A stretch of 54,824 nt of DNA from a virus. Its lineage: Duplodnaviria; Caudoviricetes. The translations under genes and the position numbers were made by a program. Where the stretch lies: positions 1-54,824 of the IMG/VR virus record IMGVR_UViG_3300032240_002260. The stretch is one strand, 5' to 3'. Shown piece by piece: positions 1 to 9,397 of this stretch (positions within the stretch are counted from its first letter, which is position 1; every line of letters begins with the position of its first letter). Below the pieces are notes generated by a model, which was not told the DNA's origin, searched no databases, and saw only the letters and a list, made by a program, of their open reading frames with translations.

Positions 1-1
1 A

Positions 2-400
2 GCAAAAGAAATAGCTGCGCTGTCTTATTGTGAAAGGGCAAAGGTTGGATCTATCTTGGTAAAAAACGGCAATATCATTTCTATGGGGTACAATGGTACT
101 CCATCTGGAATGGACAATTGTTGCGAAGAGATCAAAGAGGATGGAAGATTAGTAACAAAATCTGAAGTACTTCACGCTGAGTCAAACGCAATATTGAAAG
201 CTGCAAAGATGGGCCTTTCCACAGACGGAGCTACTATGTATTGCACTCTTTCTCCTTGCAAAGATTGCTCTAAACTTATTTTATCTTCAGGAATAAAAAA
301 AGTTGTATATTTAGAACTCTTTAAGAGAGATAATGGCAGCGTAGACTTTTTAAAACAATTTATACAAGTAGAACAATATGGTATACAAGAATCCAACTGA
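2..400 (+). CDS. dCMP deaminase (5' end truncated by window)
   Basis: Frame open from base 2 (AKEIAALSYCERAKVG...); GYNG, HAE and SPCxxC zinc-deaminase motifs. Confidence 0.92.
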   Translation, partial: AKEIAALSYCERAKVGSILVKNGNIISMGYNGTPSGMDNCCEEIKEDGRLVTKSEVLHAESNAILKAAKMGLSTDGATMYCTLSPCKDCSKLILSSGIKKVVYLELFKRDNGSVDFLKQFIQVEQYGIQESN

Positions 401-1016
401 GTCATTTGAAATGTTGTATCATGATATTATGAATCAAGGTACAGACTTTGCTAATACCAAAGCTTTATTCAATGTTTCATTTACTGTTGAAAATCCAACA
501 GATAAGGTTATCAAAACACCAGAACGTAAGTTCAATCAAGACTATGCTGAGTATGAATGGCATTGGTATCTTAATGGAGATCGTGATGCAAAAGACATTT
601 CAGAAAGAGCCAAGATTTGGAAACAAATGATGATCCCAGGTACTACAGAAGTAAACTCTAACTATGGATACTTTTGGAAATATAATGATCAACTCAATAA
701 GGTGATATTAGATCTTAGACTAAATAAAGAAACACGTAGAGCTATTATTGTTCATTATATATTACATGAATTAGATAGATACAAATATGATACGCCATGT
801 AATGATGTACTTAATTTCTACGTAAAAGATAATAAACTTCACCTTACAGTATTTGCAAGATCTATTGACTTAGTTTACGGTTATTGTAACGATCAATATA
901 CATTTGCTAAATTAATGGAATATGTATCTCGTAAGACAGGTTACGAAGTAGGAGATATTCATTGGTTTATAACTAATTGTCATATCTATCCTAGACATTA
1001 TGAAATGCTTAAATAA
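378..1016 (+). CDS. Thymidylate synthase-fold enzyme, dCMP hydroxymethylase/methylase type
   Basis: TPC catalytic Cys; RSIDLVYGYCND has Asp where ThyA has Asn (RSxDxxxGxxFN), as in T4 gp42; CHIY motif. Confidence 0.72.
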   Translation: MVYKNPTESFEMLYHDIMNQGTDFANTKALFNVSFTVENPTDKVIKTPERKFNQDYAEYEWHWYLNGDRDAKDISERAKIWKQMMIPGTTEVNSNYGYFWKYNDQLNKVILDLRLNKETRRAIIVHYILHELDRYKYDTPCNDVLNFYVKDNKLHLTVFARSIDLVYGYCNDQYTFAKLMEYVSRKTGYEVGDIHWFITNCHIYPRHYEMLK

Positions 1017-1021
1017 AGGTT

Positions 1022-1504
1022 ATGTTAATAGAAACAAGATTAGAAAGAGACTTTTTAGAAAACAGATTATCTAAACTAAAAAAGAGAACGTACAACCAAT
1101 TTACATGGTGGAGACGTTATCAAAATCGTGAATCACTTCATGATAGGAGAACTCTACATGATAAAATAGCAAATGGAGATTATGACCATTCAGACTATTA
1201 TTATCAAGCTTTTCATGAGAACTATCTATTAGAAGATGCTATTGGCAGTATAAAGCATTTTGAAGATAAACTTGACAAGATAAGTTTGTCTAGAGCTAGG
1301 TATAAAAAGTTAATGGATGACTATGAGAAGGATGAGATAGAGATCATGAAGAACTTTAAAAAAGACTGCTGGAGAGAATTTAAACTCTCAGGAGATGATG
1401 TAGAAAACATGATGCTAGAATTTGATGGCACATTAATGGAGTTTTATAATCACCTAGTTCAACAAAGGCAAAATAAAATCAATGAGAGTAGTAAGAATAG
1501 TTAG
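1022..1504 (+). CDS. Hypothetical phage protein
   Basis: 160 aa ORF, AAGGTTATG start context, operon packing. Confidence 0.7.
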   Translation: MLIETRLERDFLENRLSKLKKRTYNQFTWWRRYQNRESLHDRRTLHDKIANGDYDHSDYYYQAFHENYLLEDAIGSIKHFEDKLDKISLSRARYKKLMDDYEKDEIEIMKNFKKDCWREFKLSGDDVENMMLEFDGTLMEFYNHLVQQRQNKINESSKNS

Positions 1505-1943
1505 TAATTGCAATAAACACCAGTACGCTAGTATTTTTACAGAAAGTCACTTTGATAATTTATTAGGAGTGGTTGGACTAAATCCTTCAATATTAAAAGA
1601 AGGAAATAAAAATCCTACAATTTCTATATTGATGCAAATAGCTAAAAGAGAAGGTTACGAAGGTATATTTGTGACTAATCTCTATTCATACATAACACCT
1701 GATCCAAAAAAGTTAAATGAAGTAAAAAATCCTATAGGATCTAAAAATGAGAGGTGGATAAAACAGATGTATAAAATCTGTGACAAAGTCCTATGCATCT
1801 GGGGTAATAATAGTTCTGCAGAAATAAAAAATAAAGTATTAGGTCATATTAAAGAAAAAGCGTATACAATAGGACTTACTAAGTCTGGTAACCCTAGACA
1901 TGTACTCCATACAAAAAAAGATGCAAAATTAATGCCACTCTAA
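1482..1943 (+). CDS. DUF1643 family protein
   Basis: GLNPS, VTNLY, IWG and TKSGNPRH motifs. Confidence 0.75.
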   Translation: MRVVRIVSNCNKHQYASIFTESHFDNLLGVVGLNPSILKEGNKNPTISILMQIAKREGYEGIFVTNLYSYITPDPKKLNEVKNPIGSKNERWIKQMYKICDKVLCIWGNNSSAEIKNKVLGHIKEKAYTIGLTKSGNPRHVLHTKKDAKLMPL

Positions 1944-1974
1944 TAAAATTTTGTATCGTTTTCCATATTTTTCA

Positions 1975-1982
1975 TATATTTG
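1975..1982 (+). promoter_or_regulatory. Bacteroidota sigma70-type -7 box (TAnnTTTG)
   Basis: TATATTTG in the intergenic gap before ATG 1998. Confidence 0.6.
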
Positions 1983-1997
1983 TTATAAATGTAGGTT

Positions 1998-2570
1998 ATG
2001 AATGTACAATTTCAAGATTCCTTTTTCAAGAGTTTAAAAAAATTAAAGTGGCATAGAAATCCTATTTACAGGGTCTATGACTGCTTTTCAGACAAGCTTC
2101 CAAACTTTTTCAAGAATATTTGGAAGTTTCGCCGTGAGCTTTGGGACCATCGTTGGTGGGATTATAGATTTACCTTAGAGATGTTTAAGAAGTCTATAGA
2201 GATTCAAGAAGAGGGCATGAGACTTAAAGGATGGGAAGAGCAATCTTCTAAATCTTTGAAGTTACAAAAAATGACTAGAGCGATTGAAATTATCAATACT
2301 ATCTTAGATGAAGGATGGATAGAAAGAGCTGAAGCTATTCATGGTAAGATGGTAGATAAGCCATGGAAGTTTGAAGAGACAGAAAATGGAAGTTATGTTT
2401 TAGTTGATGAAGAAACAGAAGAAGAGAAAAAGCATAACAAATTGATTTTTGAAACAGCTCATAAATTGCATAGAGAAGAATGGGATGAGCTTTGGGAGAT
2501 CATTAAAGGAAAAGAATATAAGGACTATAAAAATTATGATGGTTCTGATTTAAGAGGATGGTGGGACTAA
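1998..2570 (+). CDS. Hypothetical phage protein (Trp-rich, ends GWWD)
   Basis: 190 aa ORF after promoter box. Confidence 0.75.
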   Translation: MNVQFQDSFFKSLKKLKWHRNPIYRVYDCFSDKLPNFFKNIWKFRRELWDHRWWDYRFTLEMFKKSIEIQEEGMRLKGWEEQSSKSLKLQKMTRAIEIINTILDEGWIERAEAIHGKMVDKPWKFEETENGSYVLVDEETEEEKKHNKLIFETAHKLHREEWDELWEIIKGKEYKDYKNYDGSDLRGWWD

Positions 2571-2581
2571 AAACTATTTAT

Positions 2582-2806
2582 ATGAAAGCAACACTTGAAT
2601 TTAATTTACCAGACGACATCGATGAATTTAATATGATTACTAAAGGTTCTAAGTACTACTCAACTTTGTGGGAAATGGATCAGTGGTTGAGAAGTCAAAT
2701 AAAGTATAACGAGAATTTGACTCAAGAACAACATGATGTTTATGAGATTAGCAGAGAAAAGCTTAGAGAATTTATGTCAGATAACAATGTAACTTTTAAT
2801 GATTAA
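2582..2806 (+). CDS. Hypothetical phage protein (MKATLEFNLP)
   Basis: Start moved to ATG 2582 to avoid overlap. Confidence 0.7.
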   Translation: MKATLEFNLPDDIDEFNMITKGSKYYSTLWEMDQWLRSQIKYNENLTQEQHDVYEISREKLREFMSDNNVTFND

Positions 2807-2809
2807 TAT

Positions 2810-2992
2810 ATGATACTGCTAGTTGTTTTAGTCGCAATTATACTTGCTACAATTGTATGGTTCTATGTGTCAGGGATTGACTATATGAAAAAAAAGCATC
2901 CTGATTATAATGGAGAAGATTTTCTCAATCATGTAAATAAAACAGCTGGCAGAGATTCATGGGATGATAACCTTTACGACGAAATTTATTAA
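2810..2992 (+). CDS. Small membrane protein
   Basis: N-terminal hydrophobic helix. Confidence 0.6.
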   Translation: MILLVVLVAIILATIVWFYVSGIDYMKKKHPDYNGEDFLNHVNKTAGRDSWDDNLYDEIY

Positions 2993-2993
2993 T

Positions 2994-3281
2994 ATGATAA
3001 AGTTATTACAAAAGCCAGGATTTATTATCTTGGTATGTTTATTTTTTATTTTAGTTGTAATAATTAGAAATCAAAGAGAAGAGATAGAAAAATTTAAAGC
3101 ATCTGAATTTATGCTTGAAGGAGGAGATATACAAAAGGCTCAATTAATAGATTCTCTTCAAAATGAACTTTTTATTTCTAATACAACAATAGATAGGTAC
3201 GATATAGCATTAGAATATTTAAGAGAGGAAGATTCTATAGCAGCAAAAAAATACGAAGACAAATTAAGTAATATAGAATAA
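2994..3281 (+). CDS. Membrane-anchored coiled-coil protein
   Basis: ATG 2994 just after upstream stop; N-terminal TM segment. Confidence 0.6.
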   Translation: MIKLLQKPGFIILVCLFFILVVIIRNQREEIEKFKASEFMLEGGDIQKAQLIDSLQNELFISNTTIDRYDIALEYLREEDSIAAKKYEDKLSNIE

Positions 3282-3282
3282 A

Positions 3283-4023
3283 ATGAAAACGGTTGTATTA
3301 GGAGATACTCATGGTAGGTCTAATTGGAAATTAGCTATCTATCAAGAAGAGCCTATCGATAAACTTATTTTTATTGGAGATTATTTTGATTCATTTGATA
3401 TTCCTGGACTAGAGCAAATCCATAATTTCAAAGAGATTATTCAATATAAAGAAAAAAATCCTCAAGTTGAAGTTGTATTACTAATTGGTAACCACGACTA
3501 TCATTATTTCCCAGAAATAGGACATACAAGTACTAGCGGATATCAAAATAAAATAGCTCCATCAATTACTCAAGTTATAGATGAGAACAGATACCATCTA
3601 CAAATGGCTTATCAAATGGATGAGTTTTTATTTACTCATGCTGGTGTGAGTCCTGAATTTTTGGATCAAGTATTTGGTAGAGACGGATGGAATAAAGATA
3701 AAGTAGTAGAAGATCTAAATGAACTATTTAAGTACAAACCTAGATCATTTGACTTTAATGGTTTTGATCCTTATGGAGATAATACATATCAAACTCCAAT
3801 TTGGATTAGGCCTGGATCTTTAATGGCTTCAAATAAAAGGCATTCTAAAGGATTGAAAAAAGACTACATACAAATTGTAGGTCATACAGGAATGAAGAAA
3901 CTAGATCTTGAAGGTAGTGATAAGTTTACAGGCGGTAGATATTATTTCATAGATACTATGGATACATCAGGAGACTATCTTATTATTGAAGATGGAAAGT
4001 TAAGAGTTAATTCTGTAAAATAA
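3283..4023 (+). CDS. Calcineurin-like metallophosphoesterase
   Basis: GDTHG, GDYFD, GNHD, THAG and VGHT motifs. Confidence 0.9.
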   Translation: MKTVVLGDTHGRSNWKLAIYQEEPIDKLIFIGDYFDSFDIPGLEQIHNFKEIIQYKEKNPQVEVVLLIGNHDYHYFPEIGHTSTSGYQNKIAPSITQVIDENRYHLQMAYQMDEFLFTHAGVSPEFLDQVFGRDGWNKDKVVEDLNELFKYKPRSFDFNGFDPYGDNTYQTPIWIRPGSLMASNKRHSKGLKKDYIQIVGHTGMKKLDLEGSDKFTGGRYYFIDTMDTSGDYLIIEDGKLRVNSVK

Positions 4024-4028
4024 ATAAT

Positions 4029-4172
4029 ATGAACAATTATTTTGATCCCAGAATAAGTCGTATCATAGAACTTGAAATGAGATTGACTTTAGCACTTACA
4101 AACAATCATAAAGCTTCAAATTATGACGAGTTCCAAAAAGACAGATTGGAATTAAAAAAGCTAAGAAAATAA
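4029..4172 (+). CDS. Small hypothetical protein (47 aa)
   Basis: ATG..TAA read manually; fills the gap before thyA. Confidence 0.4.
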   Translation: MNNYFDPRISRIIELEMRLTLALTNNHKASNYDEFQKDRLELKKLRK

Positions 4173-4200
4173 TTAGATATAAAACGTAAAGCACAAGGTT

Positions 4201-5280
4201 ATGAACAACATCGATCGTCAGTATAAGGAACTATTAGACCACATTCTACATTTCGGAGTAGATAAAAAAGATCGTACAGGAACAGGTACCAAATCAATCT
4301 TCGGTTGGCAAATCAGACACAACATGAAGGAAGGATTTCCATTATTAACTACAAAGAAGATGGCATTCAAAAGTATGGTAACCGAGTTGTTATGGTTCTT
4401 AAAAGGAGATACTAATATTAAATTCTTAGTTGATAATGATTGTCATATTTGGGATGGTGATGCTTGGGCTAATTATTCAAAACAAGTAATAGCAAATAAT
4501 TTACACCTAATTCCAGCAATTGGTTTACCAAAAACAAAAGAAGAATTCATTAATAAAATCAAAACCGATGATGAGTTTGCTAAGGTATGGGGTGAGTTGG
4601 GACCAATTTATGGTAAGCAATGGAGAGAATGGGAAATATACAATAATGATGACGGGCCACCATGGCGAGATGTAGACCAAATCGCAAACTTAATATCGGA
4701 ACTCAAAACAAATCCCGATAGCAGACGTTTAATGGTTAATGCTTGGAATGTGGCAAAGTTGGACCAAATGGTACTTCCACCTTGTCATTACGGATTTCAA
4801 GTTTATACGAGAGAGTTGGATGAAACAGAACGAGTTAAGCTTATGGATAAACATTTAGGTTTAACTGAGAAAGATAAACTACCTCAATACTACACAGTAG
4901 AAGAATTAAAAAACAATAACATACCAACTAGGGCGATCTCATTAATGTGGAATCAACGAAGTGTAGACACATTCCTTGGTTTACCATTCAACATTGCTTC
5001 ATACGGTTTACTACTTGAGATTATAGCAAAGATTGTTAACATGATTCCTGAAGATTTAATTGGCAATTTAGGTGACGTTCATTTATATAATAATCATATT
5101 GAACAAGCCAAAGAACAGTTGACTAGAATTCCTTATGAATTACCTAAATTAAAATTCAATCCTATATTCTTAGCTAGTCTAGAACATAAAGGACTTGATG
5201 AAGCTATTAATGGGCAGATTAACTTTGAAGTAGAAAATTATCAATCGCATCCTGCAATCAAAGCTCCACTAAGCAATTAA
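4201..5280 (+). CDS. thyA: Thymidylate synthase
   Basis: DRTGTGT, FPLLTTK, GPIYGKQWR, LPPCH, QRSVDTFLGLPFNIASY, HLYNNH. Confidence 0.97.
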   Translation: MNNIDRQYKELLDHILHFGVDKKDRTGTGTKSIFGWQIRHNMKEGFPLLTTKKMAFKSMVTELLWFLKGDTNIKFLVDNDCHIWDGDAWANYSKQVIANNLHLIPAIGLPKTKEEFINKIKTDDEFAKVWGELGPIYGKQWREWEIYNNDDGPPWRDVDQIANLISELKTNPDSRRLMVNAWNVAKLDQMVLPPCHYGFQVYTRELDETERVKLMDKHLGLTEKDKLPQYYTVEELKNNNIPTRAISLMWNQRSVDTFLGLPFNIASYGLLLEIIAKIVNMIPEDLIGNLGDVHLYNNHIEQAKEQLTRIPYELPKLKFNPIFLASLEHKGLDEAINGQINFEVENYQSHPAIKAPLSN

Positions 5281-5300
5281 AATAACCACTCACTATAAAC

Positions 5301-5330
5301 AAAAAGGGCCTCCATATCGGAGGCTTTTTT
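5301..5330 (+). terminator. Rho-independent terminator
   Basis: GCCTCC-ATATC-GGAGGC hairpin followed by T-run and preceded by A-run. Confidence 0.8.
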
Positions 5331-5338
5331 TATATTTG
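5331..5338 (+). promoter_or_regulatory. TAnnTTTG -7 box
   Basis: TATATTTG 4 nt before ATG 5343 (possibly a leaderless transcript). Confidence 0.5.
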
Positions 5339-5342
5339 TGTT

Positions 5343-5540
5343 ATGAATGATCAACAAAGAAGAGACTGGCTACTAAAAACCATGAAGAAACAAACCGATC
5401 AATGGCTCAAAGAAGATGAGTACGAAGAGTGGCAGAAAAAGAATAAGCCAAAGAAAAGCTATACCTTTAAGCCAAAACGAGTAGTTAGGACTAAAGATAT
5501 TTATAATAAAGCATGGTTAGATTCTTATTACCAGCGTTAG
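5343..5540 (+). CDS. Small basic hypothetical protein
   Basis: 65 aa ORF after promoter box. Confidence 0.55.
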   Translation: MNDQQRRDWLLKTMKKQTDQWLKEDEYEEWQKKNKPKKSYTFKPKRVVRTKDIYNKAWLDSYYQR

Positions 5541-6151
5541 TATTATTTAGTCTAAATGTAAAATCTCAAGATACAGTAAGACTCCACCATAAAGAATATA
5601 GTTCACTATTTTCTAAATCTTTGAAGTATCCTTTAGAAGTAGAGTGGTGGGTAACAAAAGCTAAAGTAACATGTACTAATCCTCTTCCAAGAAAAGACCA
5701 GTTCGCACCAGATCCACTTCTGGCCTCTGAAACTAATTTGGCATTAGATTATAAGGGTTCAGGAACAGATCGCGGCCACATGTCTCCAGCAGCCGACAAT
5801 CAATGTTCTGGGCCTGACGCTATGGTAGAATGTTTTTACTTTTCTAATATGGCACCACAATATCATAGTTTGAATGCAGGAGATTGGAAAACATTAGAAA
5901 CAGTAACTCGTGATCTAGCGGCTAAACAAGATTCGATCAAAGTGTGGTGTGGATCAGTAGGATCAGTAAAAAAGATAGGATCGGTATCAGTTCCAGAAAA
6001 ATGTTGGAAAATTTTATATATAAAAGCTACAAAAGAGTGGTTTGCCTACGTATTTATTAATGATCAATCAAAACCAAATGGATTATCAGACAATAAAACT
6101 ACGGTAGATGAGATCAAAAAATTAACGCATTTAAATTTTAAAATAAAGTAA
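5513..6151 (+). CDS. DNA/RNA non-specific endonuclease (NucA-like) with signal peptide
   Basis: DRGH active-site motif, SNMAPQ...LN..W..LE, VP...WK; hydrophobic N-terminus. Confidence 0.9.
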   Translation: MVRFLLPALVLFSLNVKSQDTVRLHHKEYSSLFSKSLKYPLEVEWWVTKAKVTCTNPLPRKDQFAPDPLLASETNLALDYKGSGTDRGHMSPAADNQCSGPDAMVECFYFSNMAPQYHSLNAGDWKTLETVTRDLAAKQDSIKVWCGSVGSVKKIGSVSVPEKCWKILYIKATKEWFAYVFINDQSKPNGLSDNKTTVDEIKKLTHLNFKIK

Positions 6152-6152
6152 T

Positions 6153-6410
6153 ATGAACGTTATGTATTTTTCAGCGGATTGGTGTGGACCTTGCAAAACT
6201 TTTAAACCAACAGTGCTGCAAGTTTCACAAGACTTAAAAATTCCAATTGATTTTGTTAATGTAGATTATGATGCATCTTTATCACAGAAGTATTCAATAT
6301 CGTCAATACCTACAATTATTGTAGCAGATGAAACTGGAACAGAGGTTTTTAGGAATTCAGGAGTTATGCCAAGAGAGCAATTAATTTCAGTTTTGTCTAA
6401 ATATAAGTAA
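6153..6410 (+). CDS. trxA: Thioredoxin
   Basis: WCGPC active site, SIPT cis-Pro motif. Confidence 0.9.
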   Translation: MNVMYFSADWCGPCKTFKPTVLQVSQDLKIPIDFVNVDYDASLSQKYSISSIPTIIVADETGTEVFRNSGVMPREQLISVLSKYK

Positions 6411-6501
6411 AAATACTTAATATTTATATAAGCTAATACTAGGATAGAATAATAAAGGTTTCTAAATTTTGGTTTTGTTAAACTTAAAATTTTTGAAACT
6501 T

Positions 6502-7095
6502 ATGAACCTAGACAAATTAAAAGGGCACATCCCTGATTCAGTTATTGCCCAACTTCCTGAGACTATTGAAAAGTTTAAATTTGATACTCCTGTAAAGTTA
6601 GCGCACTTTTTAGCACAAGCTGGCCACGAATCTGGTGGATTCAAATTAGTTAACGAAAATTTAAACTACGGAGCTAAAGGTCTTCGTGGAATATTCGGTA
6701 AATATTTTCCAACAGACGAAAAAGCTTTATTATATGAAAGAAAGCCTGAAAAGATTGCTAACCTTGTTTATGGAGGTCGCATGGGTAATGGTCCTGAGAC
6801 CACTGGTGAAGGTTGGAAGTATCGTGGTCGTGGTTATATTCAGCTTACTGGTAAAGATAACTATAAAGCCTTTGACGCTATTGTTACAGAAAATATCCTC
6901 GAGAGTCCGGACTTAGTTGCTACAAAATATCCTCTTCTTTCCGCAGCATGGTTCTTTAATAAAAACTGTATAGGAAAATGTGTAGATGCTTCTGATGCAT
7001 CAGTTTTAGCAGTTACAAAATGTGTAAATGGAGGTACTATCGGTTTAGACGATAGAAAGAAACACTTTAAAGAGTACTACGATCTTCTTAAATAA
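6502..7095 (+). CDS. Glycoside hydrolase family 19 endolysin
   Basis: AHFLAQAGHESGGF, ENLNY, YRGRGYIQLTGKDNY, VNGG; ATG at 6502. Confidence 0.88.
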   Translation: MNLDKLKGHIPDSVIAQLPETIEKFKFDTPVKLAHFLAQAGHESGGFKLVNENLNYGAKGLRGIFGKYFPTDEKALLYERKPEKIANLVYGGRMGNGPETTGEGWKYRGRGYIQLTGKDNYKAFDAIVTENILESPDLVATKYPLLSAAWFFNKNCIGKCVDASDASVLAVTKCVNGGTIGLDDRKKHFKEYYDLLK

Positions 7096-7144
7096 TAATG
7101 GTTTCTAATATTAGGTTTTGATCAAAATTTTAAAATTTAATATT

Positions 7145-7381
7145 ATGAAAAAATTTTTCTCTGATTTATTCAATGACAATAACAGTATTAATGAAAAAGC
7201 TGTTATTGGATTCATGTCTTTTTTAGTAATGGTAATTTTTGCTATCACAGATATTGTTACCGGAACATTAGGTAAAGATCTTGTTGTTAATGAATTTATT
7301 TTTGATTCATTTAAAATTCTAACTATTGCTTGCTTCGGTATAGCTTCAGTAGATAAATTTATAAATTCTAAAAAAGATTAA
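7145..7381 (+). CDS. Holin-like two-TM membrane protein
   Basis: Two hydrophobic helices, charged C-tail, directly after endolysin. Confidence 0.55.
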   Translation: MKKFFSDLFNDNNSINEKAVIGFMSFLVMVIFAITDIVTGTLGKDLVVNEFIFDSFKILTIACFGIASVDKFINSKKD

Positions 7382-7383
7382 TA

Positions 7384-7494
7384 ATGGCAAGAGCCCACTA
7401 TAGTTTTAAACCTAAGAAAAGTAAAAAAAGCGGTATTAAAAACGATAAGCGAATAGAAAAAAACAATCAAATACTAAAAAAATATGTCACCTAA
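7384..7494 (+). CDS. Small Lys-rich peptide (36 aa)
   Basis: MARAHYSFKPKKSKK... read manually; fills the gap between neighbours. Confidence 0.4.
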   Translation: MARAHYSFKPKKSKKSGIKNDKRIEKNNQILKKYVT

Positions 7495-7789
7495 AAAAAC
7501 AACTACAGTAGAAACTGTTGCTGGTAATATAAAACCGCCTATCACCTTTAAAGAATTTTCTAAAGATCCAGTAAAGGGATTATTGTTTATAGTACTAATA
7601 GCAATTGGATATTTGTATGTTGATGGAAAGATGAACTATAATAATCAAATTGACAAACAAGGAAAAAAAATTGAAAAGCTTGAATTAAAGGTCGATATAT
7701 TATCTACCCAACTAAGAAGATCAGACAGTGCATTATCAGGAGCTATTTCTACTATAAACTTGTTACAACAATTAGGAAAAATCCAGTGA
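7484..7789 (+). CDS. TM plus coiled-coil protein (i-spanin-like)
   Basis: Single TM then heptad-like helix; lysis context. Confidence 0.5.
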   Translation: MSPKKTTTVETVAGNIKPPITFKEFSKDPVKGLLFIVLIAIGYLYVDGKMNYNNQIDKQGKKIEKLELKVDILSTQLRRSDSALSGAISTINLLQQLGKIQ

Positions 7790-8145
7790 AAAAATACTTA
7801 ATCATATTAATATTAATTATTTTAACAGGATGTTCTCCTAAAGCTAAAGAAGAAGAATCTCAAGAAACTGTAGTAGATGAACAATCATTTACTGATATAA
7901 ATAAGTTGATTAATAATAGTAATAAAAAACAACAAGCAGTTGTAACTATTAATAAATCAGTTGACAGCAATGTAAATGAAAAGATAAGAGTAACAACAAA
8001 GGTAATTACGGTTATGAAAGAAAAAGTAATCGAATTAAAACAAACCAATGAAGTACTTAAAGATAAAATTGATAGTGCTAATTCTAATGTTGGGATCCCT
8101 TATAAGTTACTCCCAATCTTATCCGATAGCCAAGACCATAGGTAA
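7786..8145 (+). CDS. Lipoprotein (o-spanin-like)
   Basis: GTG start, ILTGC lipobox, coiled coil. Confidence 0.55.
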   Translation: MKKYLIILILIILTGCSPKAKEEESQETVVDEQSFTDINKLINNSNKKQQAVVTINKSVDSNVNEKIRVTTKVITVMKEKVIELKQTNEVLKDKIDSANSNVGIPYKLLPILSDSQDHR

Positions 8146-8473
8146 TGACTCTGTAGTAATTATAACTGTTAAGCAAGCAGAAAATATAAATAGCACGCAT
8201 ACTAAACTAACTGATAGTTTAAAGAATCTAGAAACAAAATCTCTAGTTTTAGATATGGATAAAGCTCAAGGTTACTCTTTAATAGAGTCGTATAGTAAAG
8301 AGTATAAAAGAGCTAATCTAAAAATAGAAAATCTTAATTTCGAAATAGCAAATAAAGATAAAGAGATATTATTTCTTAAAACAAAAATAAGTAAAACAAT
8401 ATTTCAAAGTACATTATTATTTGTCGGTTGGACCTTATACACAGGAATAAAGACTACAGTATTTAAAAAATAA
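8048..8473 (+). CDS. Exported coiled-coil protein with C-terminal TM
   Basis: Signal-like N-terminus, hydrophobic C-terminal segment; overlaps the lipoprotein gene, so start is uncertain. Confidence 0.55.
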   Translation: MKYLKIKLIVLILMLGSLISYSQSYPIAKTIGNDSVVIITVKQAENINSTHTKLTDSLKNLETKSLVLDMDKAQGYSLIESYSKEYKRANLKIENLNFEIANKDKEILFLKTKISKTIFQSTLLFVGWTLYTGIKTTVFKK

Positions 8474-8479
8474 AAATGT

Positions 8480-8638
8480 ATGATAAAGAAAATATTAATA
8501 GTTGCTTTTTTGGTTTGGCTACTCTGTGTCGTTTCTCTAGAGATGTCTATAATATTACAATATTTATGCATTAATCAAGTCAATAGTAATCATATAAAAG
8601 CTTTAAAGATTATCGGATTATATTTCCAGAAGAGTTAA
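8480..8638 (+). CDS. Small membrane protein (52 aa)
   Basis: ATG..TAA read manually; hydrophobic. Confidence 0.35.
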   Translation: MIKKILIVAFLVWLLCVVSLEMSIILQYLCINQVNSNHIKALKIIGLYFQKS

Positions 8639-8695
8639 TGATTTGATAATACTAAAAACCTTTTATTTGATTCCGAAGTTTTTATTTATATTAGT

Positions 8696-9397
8696 ATGAT
8701 GAAAGATTACCTTACTATAGTTATTCCTTGTAAAAATGAAAAAGGAATACTTGTAGAAACTTTAGATTACATAAAAAATCAAATTGGATCTGAAGGAATT
8801 AAAATAATAGTAGCGGATTGTTCTACAGATAATACAAGAGACTTAGTTAATTTCTATAATGAGTCTGCAAAATTAAATATAGAGTTTGTAGATGGCGGGT
8901 ATCCTGCTATTGCTAGAAATAATGGTGCTAAATTAGTTAAGACTCCTTATGTTTTATTTTTAGACTCAGACATTAATCTAGTAGACCCGTTCCATCTTTC
9001 AAATAGTTTAGAGATCATAACATCAAAAAGAGCTCATTTATTAACTTGCAAACTATCTTCAGACGATAAATATTCATTCATATTTTCTTGTTTTTTCTTT
9101 ATACAGAAAATAGTGTCTTTGTTTTCTCCAATAGCCATAGGAGGTTTTATGCTATTTAAAATTACAGAATTTAGAAAGTTGAAAGGTTTTGATGAAAGAG
9201 ATAAATTTGCAGAAGATTATCACTTAAGTTCAAAAATAAATCCTAATAGATTTGCTATCCAAAATAAAACTGCTTTAACTACAAGCAGAAGGTTTAAAAA
9301 GAAAGGATTATGGTATATGATTAAAATGGCAGTTTTGAGTGTTGTAAATAGAAACAAAAAAGAATTTTTCCACTCAGAATACGATTATTGGAAATGA
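8696..9397 (+). CDS. Glycosyltransferase family 2
   Basis: IVIPCKNE, DCSTD, ARNNG, FLDSD, GGF, ED, TSRRF motifs. Confidence 0.9.
   Translation: MMKDYLTIVIPCKNEKGILVETLDYIKNQIGSEGIKIIVADCSTDNTRDLVNFYNESAKLNIEFVDGGYPAIARNNGAKLVKTPYVLFLDSDINLVDPFHLSNSLEIITSKRAHLLTCKLSSDDKYSFIFSCFFFIQKIVSLFSPIAIGGFMLFKITEFRKLKGFDERDKFAEDYHLSSKINPNRFAIQNKTALTTSRRFKKKGLWYMIKMAVLSVVNRNKKEFFHSEYDYWK

Noticed and set aside
4201-5280. Intron or intein in thyA
   Set aside because: The ORF is continuous; its extra length comes from short loop insertions without intein motifs
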